The notes below the pieces were generated by a model that searched no databases, had not been told where the DNA came from, and saw nothing but the letters and a program-made list of their open reading frames with translations. The position numbers were made by a program, and so were the translations under genes. Of a stretch of DNA of 41,031 nt, positions 32,631 through 40,279 are shown piece after piece (the first letter of the stretch is position 1; each line of letters starts with the position of its first letter). Source of the DNA: a virus; IMG/VR virus record IMGVR_UViG_3300028534_000009, one strand, 5' to 3'.

Positions 32631-34391
32631 ATGAAGCTACTTGAAAAGTTTTTGTTATTCTTAGCTAATAGTTGGGTTGCTACTAAGGACTACGGTTTAA
32701 TCAAACTGCATCCGTCTAAGCTTTTTGGTTCTCAGAAAAAACTCATAAAGGACATATTTGAAGAATTAGCTAAAGGTTCAGCAAGAAGAAACTTTGTTAT
32801 TCTTAAAGCAAGGCAGTTAGGAATAACGACGATAACTGAGCTTATTGACTTGTTCTGGGCACAAATCCATAAGGGAATTAAGATTGCTTTCTTGTGTCAG
32901 GATTACACGATGAAGCTTCACTACAGAAGAGACTTAGGTGTTATTTATTCCAGCCTGCCCAAGCACTTTAAGATGCCTTTAGTAAGCGACAGCAGAGAAG
33001 CTTTGGTGTTTAAAAACGGTTCTTCTATTATGTTCTTTCACGAGCCTAAAAAAGGAGCTAAAGAAATTGTTAGAGGGCAGGCTATTACCTGTCTTCACTC
33101 TACAGAAACAGCTTTCTACGAAAACTTTGAACGAATAAAGGGTGGCTTGCTTCCTGCGTTATCAGAAGAACATCCTGCAAGGTATGTTATCTACGAGAGC
33201 ACGGCTAATGGTTTTAACCACTTCTACGACTTGTGGCACACTGCTGAAAACGGTGTTACTTATAAGCCAATATTTCTTGGTTGGTGGTTAAAGGAAAGCT
33301 ATCGTATTGACCCAGAAAAACAGCCTGAACTATGGGAAGTTTACTCTTATCGTCCTAATAGAGATGAGCGTCTAAGGATGCAAATGGTTAAGAAACTTTA
33401 CGGTTACGAGCTTACTCTTGAGCAGCTTGCTTGGTGGAGAATGAAGCTGTTTGAAGAGTTTAACGGTGATGAGGAATTAATGCTACAGGAATATCCTTTT
33501 ACCGCTGAAGATGCTTTCAGGTATACTGGTAACCAGTTTATTAAACCACAGGTGTTAATGGAGATTAAGAAAAACATACTTGAGATTAAGCCCCACTATT
33601 ATCTCGTTCAGTTTCCTGACTACAACATGATGGTCGTTAGAGACGGCAATTCAAGGAAGTACAACTTAAAAATATGGGAATATCCTGTTAGAGGAGAAAT
33701 TTATTTCCTTGGAGCTGATCCGAGCTATGGTGCTAATCCTGACAGCGACTTTGCCTGCGTTAGCGTATGGAGAGTTGACTGGCAGGAAGACGGAGCAAAA
33801 CTAGTGCAGGTAGCAGAGTTTGGTGAAAGAGAGTGCGATGTTATTAACTTTGCTAAAGTGTGCTTGTGGCTAACGACTATTTATAACGGAGGCTATTTTA
33901 ACCTTGAAGTTACTGGTCCAGGGCTTGCAGTTGTTAGAGAGATTGACAGATATAAGGCAAACAACTTCAACATTGGTGAAATAAAGGTAATGAGCAAGCG
34001 TCCTGAAGCTGAGCACTTGACCCAGTATGTCAGAATGATTAACGAGTATGTTTACTGGAGAGCAGATAGGCTTCGTCCTGGTGGTGGGGTCAGGCACTTC
34101 AAAACAATAGGAGAAGAACGAGTTAAAGGGCTATTCTTACTCAAGTCTCTTATAGAAAACAAGGTTGTTATTCCTCGTTCAGACGACCTGTTAGAGCAGC
34201 TAAAATACATGAGCATAGACGACAGCGGAGTTCCGAGAAGTTTTGGTCCCAACGACGACCTGGTCTTTGGAGCAATGCTTGCAGTAGAGTACTTCAATCA
34301 GATGCTACCTTATCTTCCTAAAAGGAAACAAAAAGAACTTTCAAGACAGGAAGCACTTCAGAACATTGCCAAGTCTGTATTGATACAATAA
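32631..34391 (+). CDS. terL: Terminase large subunit
   Basis: VILKARQLGITT (Walker A-like), ITCLHSTETAF (Walker B region), YESTANGFNHFY (coupling motif) and LGADPSYG...DFACVSVW (nuclease-domain Asp). 586 aa. Confidence 0.8.
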   Translation: MKLLEKFLLFLANSWVATKDYGLIKLHPSKLFGSQKKLIKDIFEELAKGSARRNFVILKARQLGITTITELIDLFWAQIHKGIKIAFLCQDYTMKLHYRRDLGVIYSSLPKHFKMPLVSDSREALVFKNGSSIMFFHEPKKGAKEIVRGQAITCLHSTETAFYENFERIKGGLLPALSEEHPARYVIYESTANGFNHFYDLWHTAENGVTYKPIFLGWWLKESYRIDPEKQPELWEVYSYRPNRDERLRMQMVKKLYGYELTLEQLAWWRMKLFEEFNGDEELMLQEYPFTAEDAFRYTGNQFIKPQVLMEIKKNILEIKPHYYLVQFPDYNMMVVRDGNSRKYNLKIWEYPVRGEIYFLGADPSYGANPDSDFACVSVWRVDWQEDGAKLVQVAEFGERECDVINFAKVCLWLTTIYNGGYFNLEVTGPGLAVVREIDRYKANNFNIGEIKVMSKRPEAEHLTQYVRMINEYVYWRADRLRPGGGVRHFKTIGEERVKGLFLLKSLIENKVVIPRSDDLLEQLKYMSIDDSGVPRSFGPNDDLVFGAMLAVEYFNQMLPYLPKRKQKELSRQEALQNIAKSVLIQ

Positions 34392-34397
34392 AAATGA

Positions 34398-34470
34398 CAA
34401 GGCGGGCAGGATTCGAACCTGCATCTCTCGGATTTGGAATCCGAGGCTCTACCAATTGAGCTACCGCCTT
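34398..34470 (-). tRNA. tRNA-Trp (anticodon CCA)
   Basis: Folded by hand. Acceptor AAGGCGG/CCGCCTT; D-arm GCTC-AATTGGTA-GAGC; anticodon arm TCGGA-TTCCAAA-TCCGA (U33-CCA-A37); variable loop GAGAT; T-arm GCAGG-TTCGAAT-CCTGC; discriminator G. CCA is not encoded. Confidence 0.9.
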
Positions 34471-34567
34471 AAACCCCCTCCTGTGTTTGTGAGTGGAGAG
34501 GCTGTTCTGGGTTGTAATGGGCATGCCCTTGGGTATAACACGGTGCACCGTGGGAGCTCCAATAATA

Positions 34568-34595
34568 ATTATAACTTATTTTGTAAAGCTGTCAA
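34568..34595 (-). promoter_or_regulatory. Consensus sigma70 promoter TTGACA-16-TATAAT directed at the tRNA
   Basis: The reverse complement of 34568-34595 reads TTGACAGCTTTACAAAATAAGTTATAAT. It straddles the stop codon of the 34576 CDS and lies about 90 nt upstream of the tRNA 5' end. Confidence 0.6.
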
Positions 34596-34872
34596 TACGG
34601 GCTAATTCTTCTCCAATCACAACTGCTTGAATGTATAACAAAATATTTTCTGCTTCTTTAAAATTTTTAATACAAATTGAAATTTCGTCACCAAGTTCGT
34701 CTTTGTACCACTCATCTGATAGAAGGTTTTTTAAGAAGTTTTGCATTTCAGTGATTTGGTCTATTAATTTTTGTAGTTTAACTGAATCTGGCTGTTCTTT
34801 TATAATTGTGTTGCTAAATTTGATTTTAAGCGTAGGACTATAAAGTGGATTAGATGAATCATACCAGCACAT
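34576..34872 (-). CDS. Hypothetical protein
   Basis: The start is trimmed to MCWYDSS after AAGGAAGAGTAAA. It is the last CDS of the minus arm. Confidence 0.55.
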   Translation of the reverse strand: MCWYDSSNPLYSPTLKIKFSNTIIKEQPDSVKLQKLIDQITEMQNFLKNLLSDEWYKDELGDEISICIKNFKEAENILLYIQAVVIGEELARIDSFTK

Positions 34873-34883
34873 TTTACTCTTCC

Positions 34884-35111
34884 TTATTGTCTGTTTTGAT
34901 ACCAATCAACTTTTTCTTTTTCTTTATACAACATATCAACTAAAACCATAAATGTTCTAATAATATCTTTATAAAAACTTGCATTATGCATTTCTCTTTT
35001 CCACGCATCTAATAAAAAATCCCAAACTTTGTCTTTATCTTTTTCTTTTAATTCTTTTTCTAAATCTCTTAATTTATTCAAAACATGAATGTATGGGTCT
35101 TTAGCTTTCAT
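34884..35111 (-). CDS. Hypothetical protein
   Basis: 75-aa ORF, K/E/D-rich. Confidence 0.55.
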   Translation of the reverse strand: MKAKDPYIHVLNKLRDLEKELKEKDKDKVWDFLLDAWKREMHNASFYKDIIRTFMVLVDMLYKEKEKVDWYQNRQ

Positions 35112-35113
35112 TT

Positions 35114-35320
35114 TTATTTCTCCTTTATTTCTTCGTAATTAATTAAATTAAACCCTGATTTTTTAGCAGCTTGCATAATAAATTGCTTAAAAGCATCTTC
35201 CATTTTTTGGGCTATTTGCCATTCATATTCGTTAGCGTCTTCTCTTTTAAGTAAATTTAAAGTCATTTTTAATTTACACATTTTTTCATCTACTTCAATG
35301 TTTAATTGTACTTGTACCAT
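35114..35320 (-). CDS. Hypothetical protein
   Basis: 68-aa ORF with a GGAGGTAATAAAA SD. Confidence 0.55.
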   Translation of the reverse strand: MVQVQLNIEVDEKMCKLKMTLNLLKREDANEYEWQIAQKMEDAFKQFIMQAAKKSGFNLINYEEIKEK

Positions 35321-35325
35321 TTTTA

Positions 35326-35529
35326 TTACCTCCTTAAAATAGTTTCGTGGATTATTTCAAAAGACCTTTTTAGCTGGTCGCTAAGATTGTACAAAAGGTC
35401 TGTATAGGCAAAGAAGAAACTTGGTCTGTTATCAATCATGTTGTCGTTTAGCGTGTCAATTATTTTTTGCAATCTTTCTATTAAAGCGTTTGCTTCTAAG
35501 AAAAGATTAAGGGACTCTTTTTGCTCCAT
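35326..35529 (-). CDS. Hypothetical protein
   Basis: 67-aa ORF with a GGAGGTAGCT SD. Confidence 0.55.
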   Translation of the reverse strand: MEQKESLNLFLEANALIERLQKIIDTLNDNMIDNRPSFFFAYTDLLYNLSDQLKRSFEIIHETILRR

Positions 35530-35531
35530 AG

Positions 35532-35837
35532 CTACCTCCTTCTATTAAGAATTTTTTCAAGTTCTTCGTAGTTCTGTTTCCAGTACTTGCCAGTGTGAAG
35601 CACTTCGTTGTCTCTAATAAAGATTTTGTAATCATCAGCAGGAAGAGGAAGAAAAGACTTGCACATGGTACACTTGCTAACAATAAAGTTTTCAACTTTG
35701 TCGCTGACAAACTGAGAAACCTTGCCGTCAGGATTGCACACTTTCCTAATGAAGTTGATAACGCTTATCTGCTCGTCCATCCATAGTGACGGTTCGTAAC
35801 AACGAGGACAAATAAAGTAAAGACCATCTTTAAGCAT
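35532..35837 (-). CDS. Zinc-ribbon protein (CPRC...CTMC)
   Basis: 101-aa ORF with a GGAGGAAAAA SD. Confidence 0.55.
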   Translation of the reverse strand: MLKDGLYFICPRCYEPSLWMDEQISVINFIRKVCNPDGKVSQFVSDKVENFIVSKCTMCKSFLPLPADDYKIFIRDNEVLHTGKYWKQNYEELEKILNRRR

Positions 35838-35891
35838 TTTTTCCTCCTTTTGTTGTTTTAGTTTTTCAATACTTATTTTTAGCCAATCTAT

Positions 35892-36191
35892 TTACATCTC
35901 CTTTACGAATTTCCCGTCAACCATTTTGCCTTTTCTGTTTTTGATTTGTTGATAAGCGTAGTTAATGCAATCTTCTAAAGACAAACCGTGCATCTTAGCA
36001 AGAATAACAAGCGTAACAAAAACATCACCGATTCCATCTTTAATTTCATGTATATCTTCTGTATACACGCCTTTCCACAATTCTTGAGCTTCTTCAAGCA
36101 TCTTGTCAGCCTGTCCTTTTTTAGTACCTTTTAAAAAAATACCACGCTGTTTAGCCCATTTTAAAATTAAGTCAACATACGCTTCAATCAT
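35892..36191 (-). CDS. MazG-like nucleoside triphosphate pyrophosphohydrolase
   Basis: KMLEEAQELWKG...EIKDGIGDVFVTLVILAKMHGLSLEDCINYAYQQIKNRKGKMVDGKFVK fits the EExxEL...E..GDv..tL motif and the RKGkmv.G.FVK tail of small phage MazG proteins. Confidence 0.75.
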   Translation of the reverse strand: MIEAYVDLILKWAKQRGIFLKGTKKGQADKMLEEAQELWKGVYTEDIHEIKDGIGDVFVTLVILAKMHGLSLEDCINYAYQQIKNRKGKMVDGKFVKEM

Positions 36192-36202
36192 AGCTCCCCT
36201 CC

Positions 36203-36496
36203 TTATTTTGTTTTTGTATATTGGTTAGGAGTTTCTATAACAAAATAATCAAAATTATCCATATATATTGTTTTTTTAGCTTCAATTATGTCAAAAGCAA
36301 TTATTTCTTTTTCTTCATCTTTTTGCCAATTCCAGCATAGCGTTTCAATTTCTTCTACTGCTTCTTTTAAAGTAGTTGCAGGAACTAAAAAAGTTTTAAC
36401 ACCTAATCTTCCATCTTTTGTCCAAAATTCAACTTCAATCACATAAAAATAAGTCGCTAAAATCCATTGCTTTTTGTTAGAGATTATAGTAATCAT
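36203..36496 (-). CDS. Hypothetical protein
   Basis: 97-aa ORF with a GGAGGGGAGCT SD. Confidence 0.55.
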   Translation of the reverse strand: MITIISNKKQWILATYFYVIEVEFWTKDGRLGVKTFLVPATTLKEAVEEIETLCWNWQKDEEKEIIAFDIIEAKKTIYMDNFDYFVIETPNQYTKTK

Positions 36497-36509
36497 AGCT
36501 CCCCTCCTT

Positions 36510-37997
36510 TTACATTATTTCTCTTATGCTTGCCTTTATTAAAGCTCTTTGTTTACATCTTGTTATAGCAACAAATGCCATTCTTCTGTTTTCTTCTAAG
36601 TAGGTCAAGTTTTTCTTGTTGCCTAAAGAGTGAACATAAACCACATTGTCAGCTTCTCTTCCCTTGAACTGATGCACCACTCCTACATAAACATTGCCTT
36701 TAACCTTATTGAAACTACCCTGCCAGATTAATAGAGGTACTTGCTTGTACTTCTTCCACAAAGATTGAATCTTTCTATTGCCTATTAATCTTAATCCTTC
36801 TAAGCCGGATTCTTTGTAAACTCTTCTAATAAAGGAAAACAAAGGGTCTTTTTGGACGATAGCTTTAGGAATTTTACCAAGAATTTTTTTACCGAGTTCT
36901 CTGTAGTATTCTGGGTCCAAACGGTTCTTGATAAAGAAAACACGGTCAATGCTGTTGGCAAAAACCGTGAATGCTTCCCAGGGCATCTCTTCTAGGTATA
37001 TCACTTTCTTGGCATACTTCAAGTAAGAGTGCAAACGCTTTGAATAAAAAGGCACACCGTAGCCGTTTTTAACGACGAAACCTTCGTTAAGAAATCTCAA
37101 GCCTAAAGGCACGACTGCTTTGGAATAGTTGACGATAACGAAAGTATCACCTTCTAAAGACACTATTTCAGGAATGATTTCTTTTAAAGAGGTGAAGTAC
37201 TTTATTTCGCCGCCTTCAGTTCCAGTCCAGTCATAGCTAATCCTAACGGTGTTTCTGTTAATGATTTGCTGGCTCAACCTGACGACTTCGTTTGGTACAC
37301 GATAGGACTTGGTGAAAAAGACTATCTTATCGTGCTTGAAAAGGATAAACATTTTAGGGTCTGAGCCGAAGCTGGAAAATATTGCCTGATTGGGGTCTCC
37401 TATTAAAATAGCTCCTTTCCTTGCGTTAATCTTGTTAAAAGCTAAGTGCCACATAATAGGAGTTAAGTCTTGAGCTTCGTCTATTACCAGCCAGTCAACG
37501 GTCTTAGTAGGTACGATGTCTTCAACCATACGATAAAAGAGCTTGTCTACAGGAACATTTCTGATAAACATCTCAGAGGCTTGAATGAAGCGTTTAAGAA
37601 AGTCAAGGTCAATGTCCTTGTAATAAGAAGCTCTTTGAAGAAACACATCTAAAGACACGAAGCTGTTAAAGTACTGCACTAGAAACCTGAAGTAAGTATT
37701 TTCTCTAACGGCATCTCTGATGTTGTCTGGAAGCACTATTTTAAACTCAGCTTCAAGGTAGTTCTTGAGTTTAGCGTAGTCCTGAATTTTGATGTCTTTA
37801 CTAAAGTATTCTCTAAAGGTGTAAGCCCTGACTTCTTCCTGATGAGCTTTAATAACGGTGCTTCTAGTCATTGATAAGAATAACACTTCGTCGTTGGGTT
37901 TGATGTTTGCTATTGGATTGGGTTCTCCTTTAAGGGCTTTTATTATCTGAGTCGTTTTTCCTGATCCAGGGCAACCAACGACTTTGATTACTTGCAT
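36510..37997 (-). CDS. UvrD/Rep/PcrA-like SF1 DNA helicase
   Basis: GCPGSGKTT (motif I), LVIDEAQDL (II), LIGDPNQAIF (III), SYRVPNEV (IV), VHQFKGREADNVV (V) and FVAITRCKQRAL (VI). Confidence 0.85.
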   Translation of the reverse strand: MQVIKVVGCPGSGKTTQIIKALKGEPNPIANIKPNDEVLFLSMTRSTVIKAHQEEVRAYTFREYFSKDIKIQDYAKLKNYLEAEFKIVLPDNIRDAVRENTYFRFLVQYFNSFVSLDVFLQRASYYKDIDLDFLKRFIQASEMFIRNVPVDKLFYRMVEDIVPTKTVDWLVIDEAQDLTPIMWHLAFNKINARKGAILIGDPNQAIFSSFGSDPKMFILFKHDKIVFFTKSYRVPNEVVRLSQQIINRNTVRISYDWTGTEGGEIKYFTSLKEIIPEIVSLEGDTFVIVNYSKAVVPLGLRFLNEGFVVKNGYGVPFYSKRLHSYLKYAKKVIYLEEMPWEAFTVFANSIDRVFFIKNRLDPEYYRELGKKILGKIPKAIVQKDPLFSFIRRVYKESGLEGLRLIGNRKIQSLWKKYKQVPLLIWQGSFNKVKGNVYVGVVHQFKGREADNVVYVHSLGNKKNLTYLEENRRMAFVAITRCKQRALIKASIREIM

Positions 37998-38455
37998 TTT
38001 ATAAGCTCCTTTTGAAGCTCTGCAAATTTTTCTTTCCTGATAACAACATTTTGAACGCTGTGAGTTTTCATAATAGCAAAGTTGTACTTCTCAACCTTTT
38101 CTTTTAGCTTCCTGTTAAGCCTATCAAGTTCAATGTCTGCTATTGGTACTACACCAGTTCCGTTTTTAAGAAAGTGCAAAAAAGTTTCTAAAGACATAAG
38201 CAGGTACTCGTAAGGCATAATCATATAAGCAGTATTTCTCTCAATAGGCTTGAAAAAACACAAAGGGCTTCTATACTTCTTTCCTCTAAACGCAACATCT
38301 CCTATTAACTTTTTACCGTTAGGAAGATACACTACAATATCACCTTTGAATCCTCTTGCATTACCAGAACAGGGAACTCTTTCACACTTGAAGCCAGCCT
38401 GTCTAAATAAGTCTCGAATGTGATACTCGTGGTATTTGTACTTTTTGTTAGGCAT
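37988..38455 (-). CDS. Putative PD-(D/E)XK-fold nuclease (Hjc / archaeal Holliday-junction-resolvase-like N-terminal region)
   Basis: The start is trimmed to MPNKKYKYHEY. HEYHIRDLFRQAGFKCERVPCSGNARGFKGDIVVY resembles E..v...L...GF.v.R...SG....DI of Hjc-type resolvases. The ExK element is not clear. Confidence 0.4.
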   Translation of the reverse strand: MPNKKYKYHEYHIRDLFRQAGFKCERVPCSGNARGFKGDIVVYLPNGKKLIGDVAFRGKKYRSPLCFFKPIERNTAYMIMPYEYLLMSLETFLHFLKNGTGVVPIADIELDRLNRKLKEKVEKYNFAIMKTHSVQNVVIRKEKFAELQKELIKCK

Positions 38456-38465
38456 ACTTCCTTCT

Positions 38466-38819
38466 TTAGAAAGCGTTTTTTGTAATACACTTAACACCAA
38501 TGTTTGACAAAAGTTTAAGTCCTTTTAAAGGGTCGTATTTTGTACTAGTACAAATTTTGAAACACACATCAGCATTGGCTTTGCTCGTTTCTGGAGAATG
38601 CAAGATGCTGTTAAGAAACTTATAGAAGTCGTTTGCAATAAGATAACAACTTCTATCAGGTTTTAACGCTTCCCAATAACAATAACTAAACACATTGCTT
38701 AACATTACACAGTTTTGAACATTGTTTAAGTTAAGACCAGTATAAACATCGTAAGCTCTAGCATTAACGCTAAACAAAAATAACGCTAAAGCAAATACAA
38801 TTAACCCAAGCCTCCTCAT
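38466..38819 (-). CDS. Secreted Cys-rich protein (Sec signal peptide)
   Basis: MRRLGLIVFALALFLFSVNARA/YD is a signal peptide, and the mature part has 6 Cys. GGAGGGGAGGCT SD. Confidence 0.65.
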   Translation of the reverse strand: MRRLGLIVFALALFLFSVNARAYDVYTGLNLNNVQNCVMLSNVFSYCYWEALKPDRSCYLIANDFYKFLNSILHSPETSKANADVCFKICTSTKYDPLKGLKLLSNIGVKCITKNAF

Positions 38820-38865
38820 AGCCTCCCCTCCTTTATTAATTATTTTGCTACTTTACTTAATCAAT

Positions 38866-40269
38866 TTATCTAGTTTCTTTTCTCATCTGCTCAAGTATTC
38901 TTCTTATCTCTTTTTCAAGGCTGATAGGAAGAATGTTTTTAAGAGGACAATCCTCAGTAGCTTGAATCTTGTTTAACACTTTCGTTACCAATGTGTCAAC
39001 TTTTGCTATTTTCCACTCTGGAAAGGTTACTATCATTTGTCTTATAATTAATTCCTCGTCGTCTATCAAGCCTTTTTCGATGTCCTCTTTAGTAATTACC
39101 TCTTCCATTCTACCTTCTACTACTTCTTTTTCCTGCTCAGTTAGTGGTCGCTGATAGAAAGTGTCGTCGTTTTCTTTAACCACTTCAAAACCAAGTTTTT
39201 TAACGAGAATGTTTTTAACGATGTAGTCGTTCAAGTACTGCTTGTAAATTTTAAGTGCAGACTGGATAAGCAGGTGAATTGCAACCTCGTTTAGCTTAAC
39301 CTTATCTTCCTCTACCAGCAAAGTAAATATTGCATAACGGAGATTCTCGTAAAAAACTCTTCTATCTCTAGTGAAGTTAGTGGTGCTTTTAATAACGACA
39401 AAGTTCCGAATGATGTTAACATACTCGGGTCTATCGTAGTAATTATTTAGTTTTTCTCTTAAGTTATATTTATCGTAAAGATATTGCCAAAATGCGTAAA
39501 AGTGCCCCTGCTTAAGAAGGACGCCGATGTCAATGCCAGCCCTTGAACAAAAAAGCTGTCTGAACTTAGAGTAGTTTATCATGTCTGCTGGAATTTCTAT
39601 CTTGGTCTTATTCGTGTCTATCAAGAAAGTTAATCCTCTGTGAGAATAGAAGCAGGAGATGTCCCGGATGCCGAGTCGCTCTTCTATTATCTTGTAGCTA
39701 TCTTCTGTTAGATCAAGGTCTTTTAGAATGTCGTGGACATAATTTTCTCTCGTGATGTCGTAGATGGAAGCAAGCTCTCTTTCAGGGTTAATGTAAACGA
39801 TAAGGTAGCAACCTTCACCGTGCTTGGGACAGGTATAGAGCTTGTAGCCGTCACCCTCGTGTATCTCTGAGGAAAGTTTCTCTAATAAAGGAAGTTGAAG
39901 AAAAACCTTGTGACTGAAAACCTTTGGTTTGATTACGATGAACGGGTCAAACAGGTAGCCGTAGCGTTCGATGAGGTTGGGATAGCGTTCAAGCACATCT
40001 GAAAGGTGCATCACTTGAGGCTTCCACAATCCAAACTTTCTTGCTATGATTCTAACCATCTTTTCTGATAAAGGGAAAGAAGGAATACAAATGTAGTAGC
40101 CCCTGTTGGTCTTGTTGGTTCTTTTCTCGTAAGGCTTGATTACTTTGCTCTTGTTAGGGAAAAAGTCTGCTTTAAAGACGAAACAGGTTTTGGTAGGCAA
40201 GTCTTCGTAGTGTGCGTCCAGCATAAACACGGGTTCCTTTTTTGGTGCATTATTTTCTTGTTGCATCAT
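38866..40269 (-). CDS. Large orphan protein (467 aa), a candidate replication initiator or primase by context only
   Basis: The start is trimmed to MMQQENN after AAAGGAGGAATAATG. It lies between the XPD-like helicase gene and the nuclease/UvrD genes. No motif recognised. Confidence 0.6.
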   Translation of the reverse strand: MMQQENNAPKKEPVFMLDAHYEDLPTKTCFVFKADFFPNKSKVIKPYEKRTNKTNRGYYICIPSFPLSEKMVRIIARKFGLWKPQVMHLSDVLERYPNLIERYGYLFDPFIVIKPKVFSHKVFLQLPLLEKLSSEIHEGDGYKLYTCPKHGEGCYLIVYINPERELASIYDITRENYVHDILKDLDLTEDSYKIIEERLGIRDISCFYSHRGLTFLIDTNKTKIEIPADMINYSKFRQLFCSRAGIDIGVLLKQGHFYAFWQYLYDKYNLREKLNNYYDRPEYVNIIRNFVVIKSTTNFTRDRRVFYENLRYAIFTLLVEEDKVKLNEVAIHLLIQSALKIYKQYLNDYIVKNILVKKLGFEVVKENDDTFYQRPLTEQEKEVVEGRMEEVITKEDIEKGLIDDEELIIRQMIVTFPEWKIAKVDTLVTKVLNKIQATEDCPLKNILPISLEKEIRRILEQMRKETR

Positions 40270-40279
40270 TATTCCTCCT

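Noticed and set aside
34398-34470. tRNA as a suppressor tRNA or as an attP integration site
   Set aside because: The anticodon is the standard CCA with a normal D-stem (the 11-24 pair is C-G), so it is not an obvious suppressor. The tRNA is full-length with its own promoter, and no integrase or repressor is present, so an attP role is unsupported.
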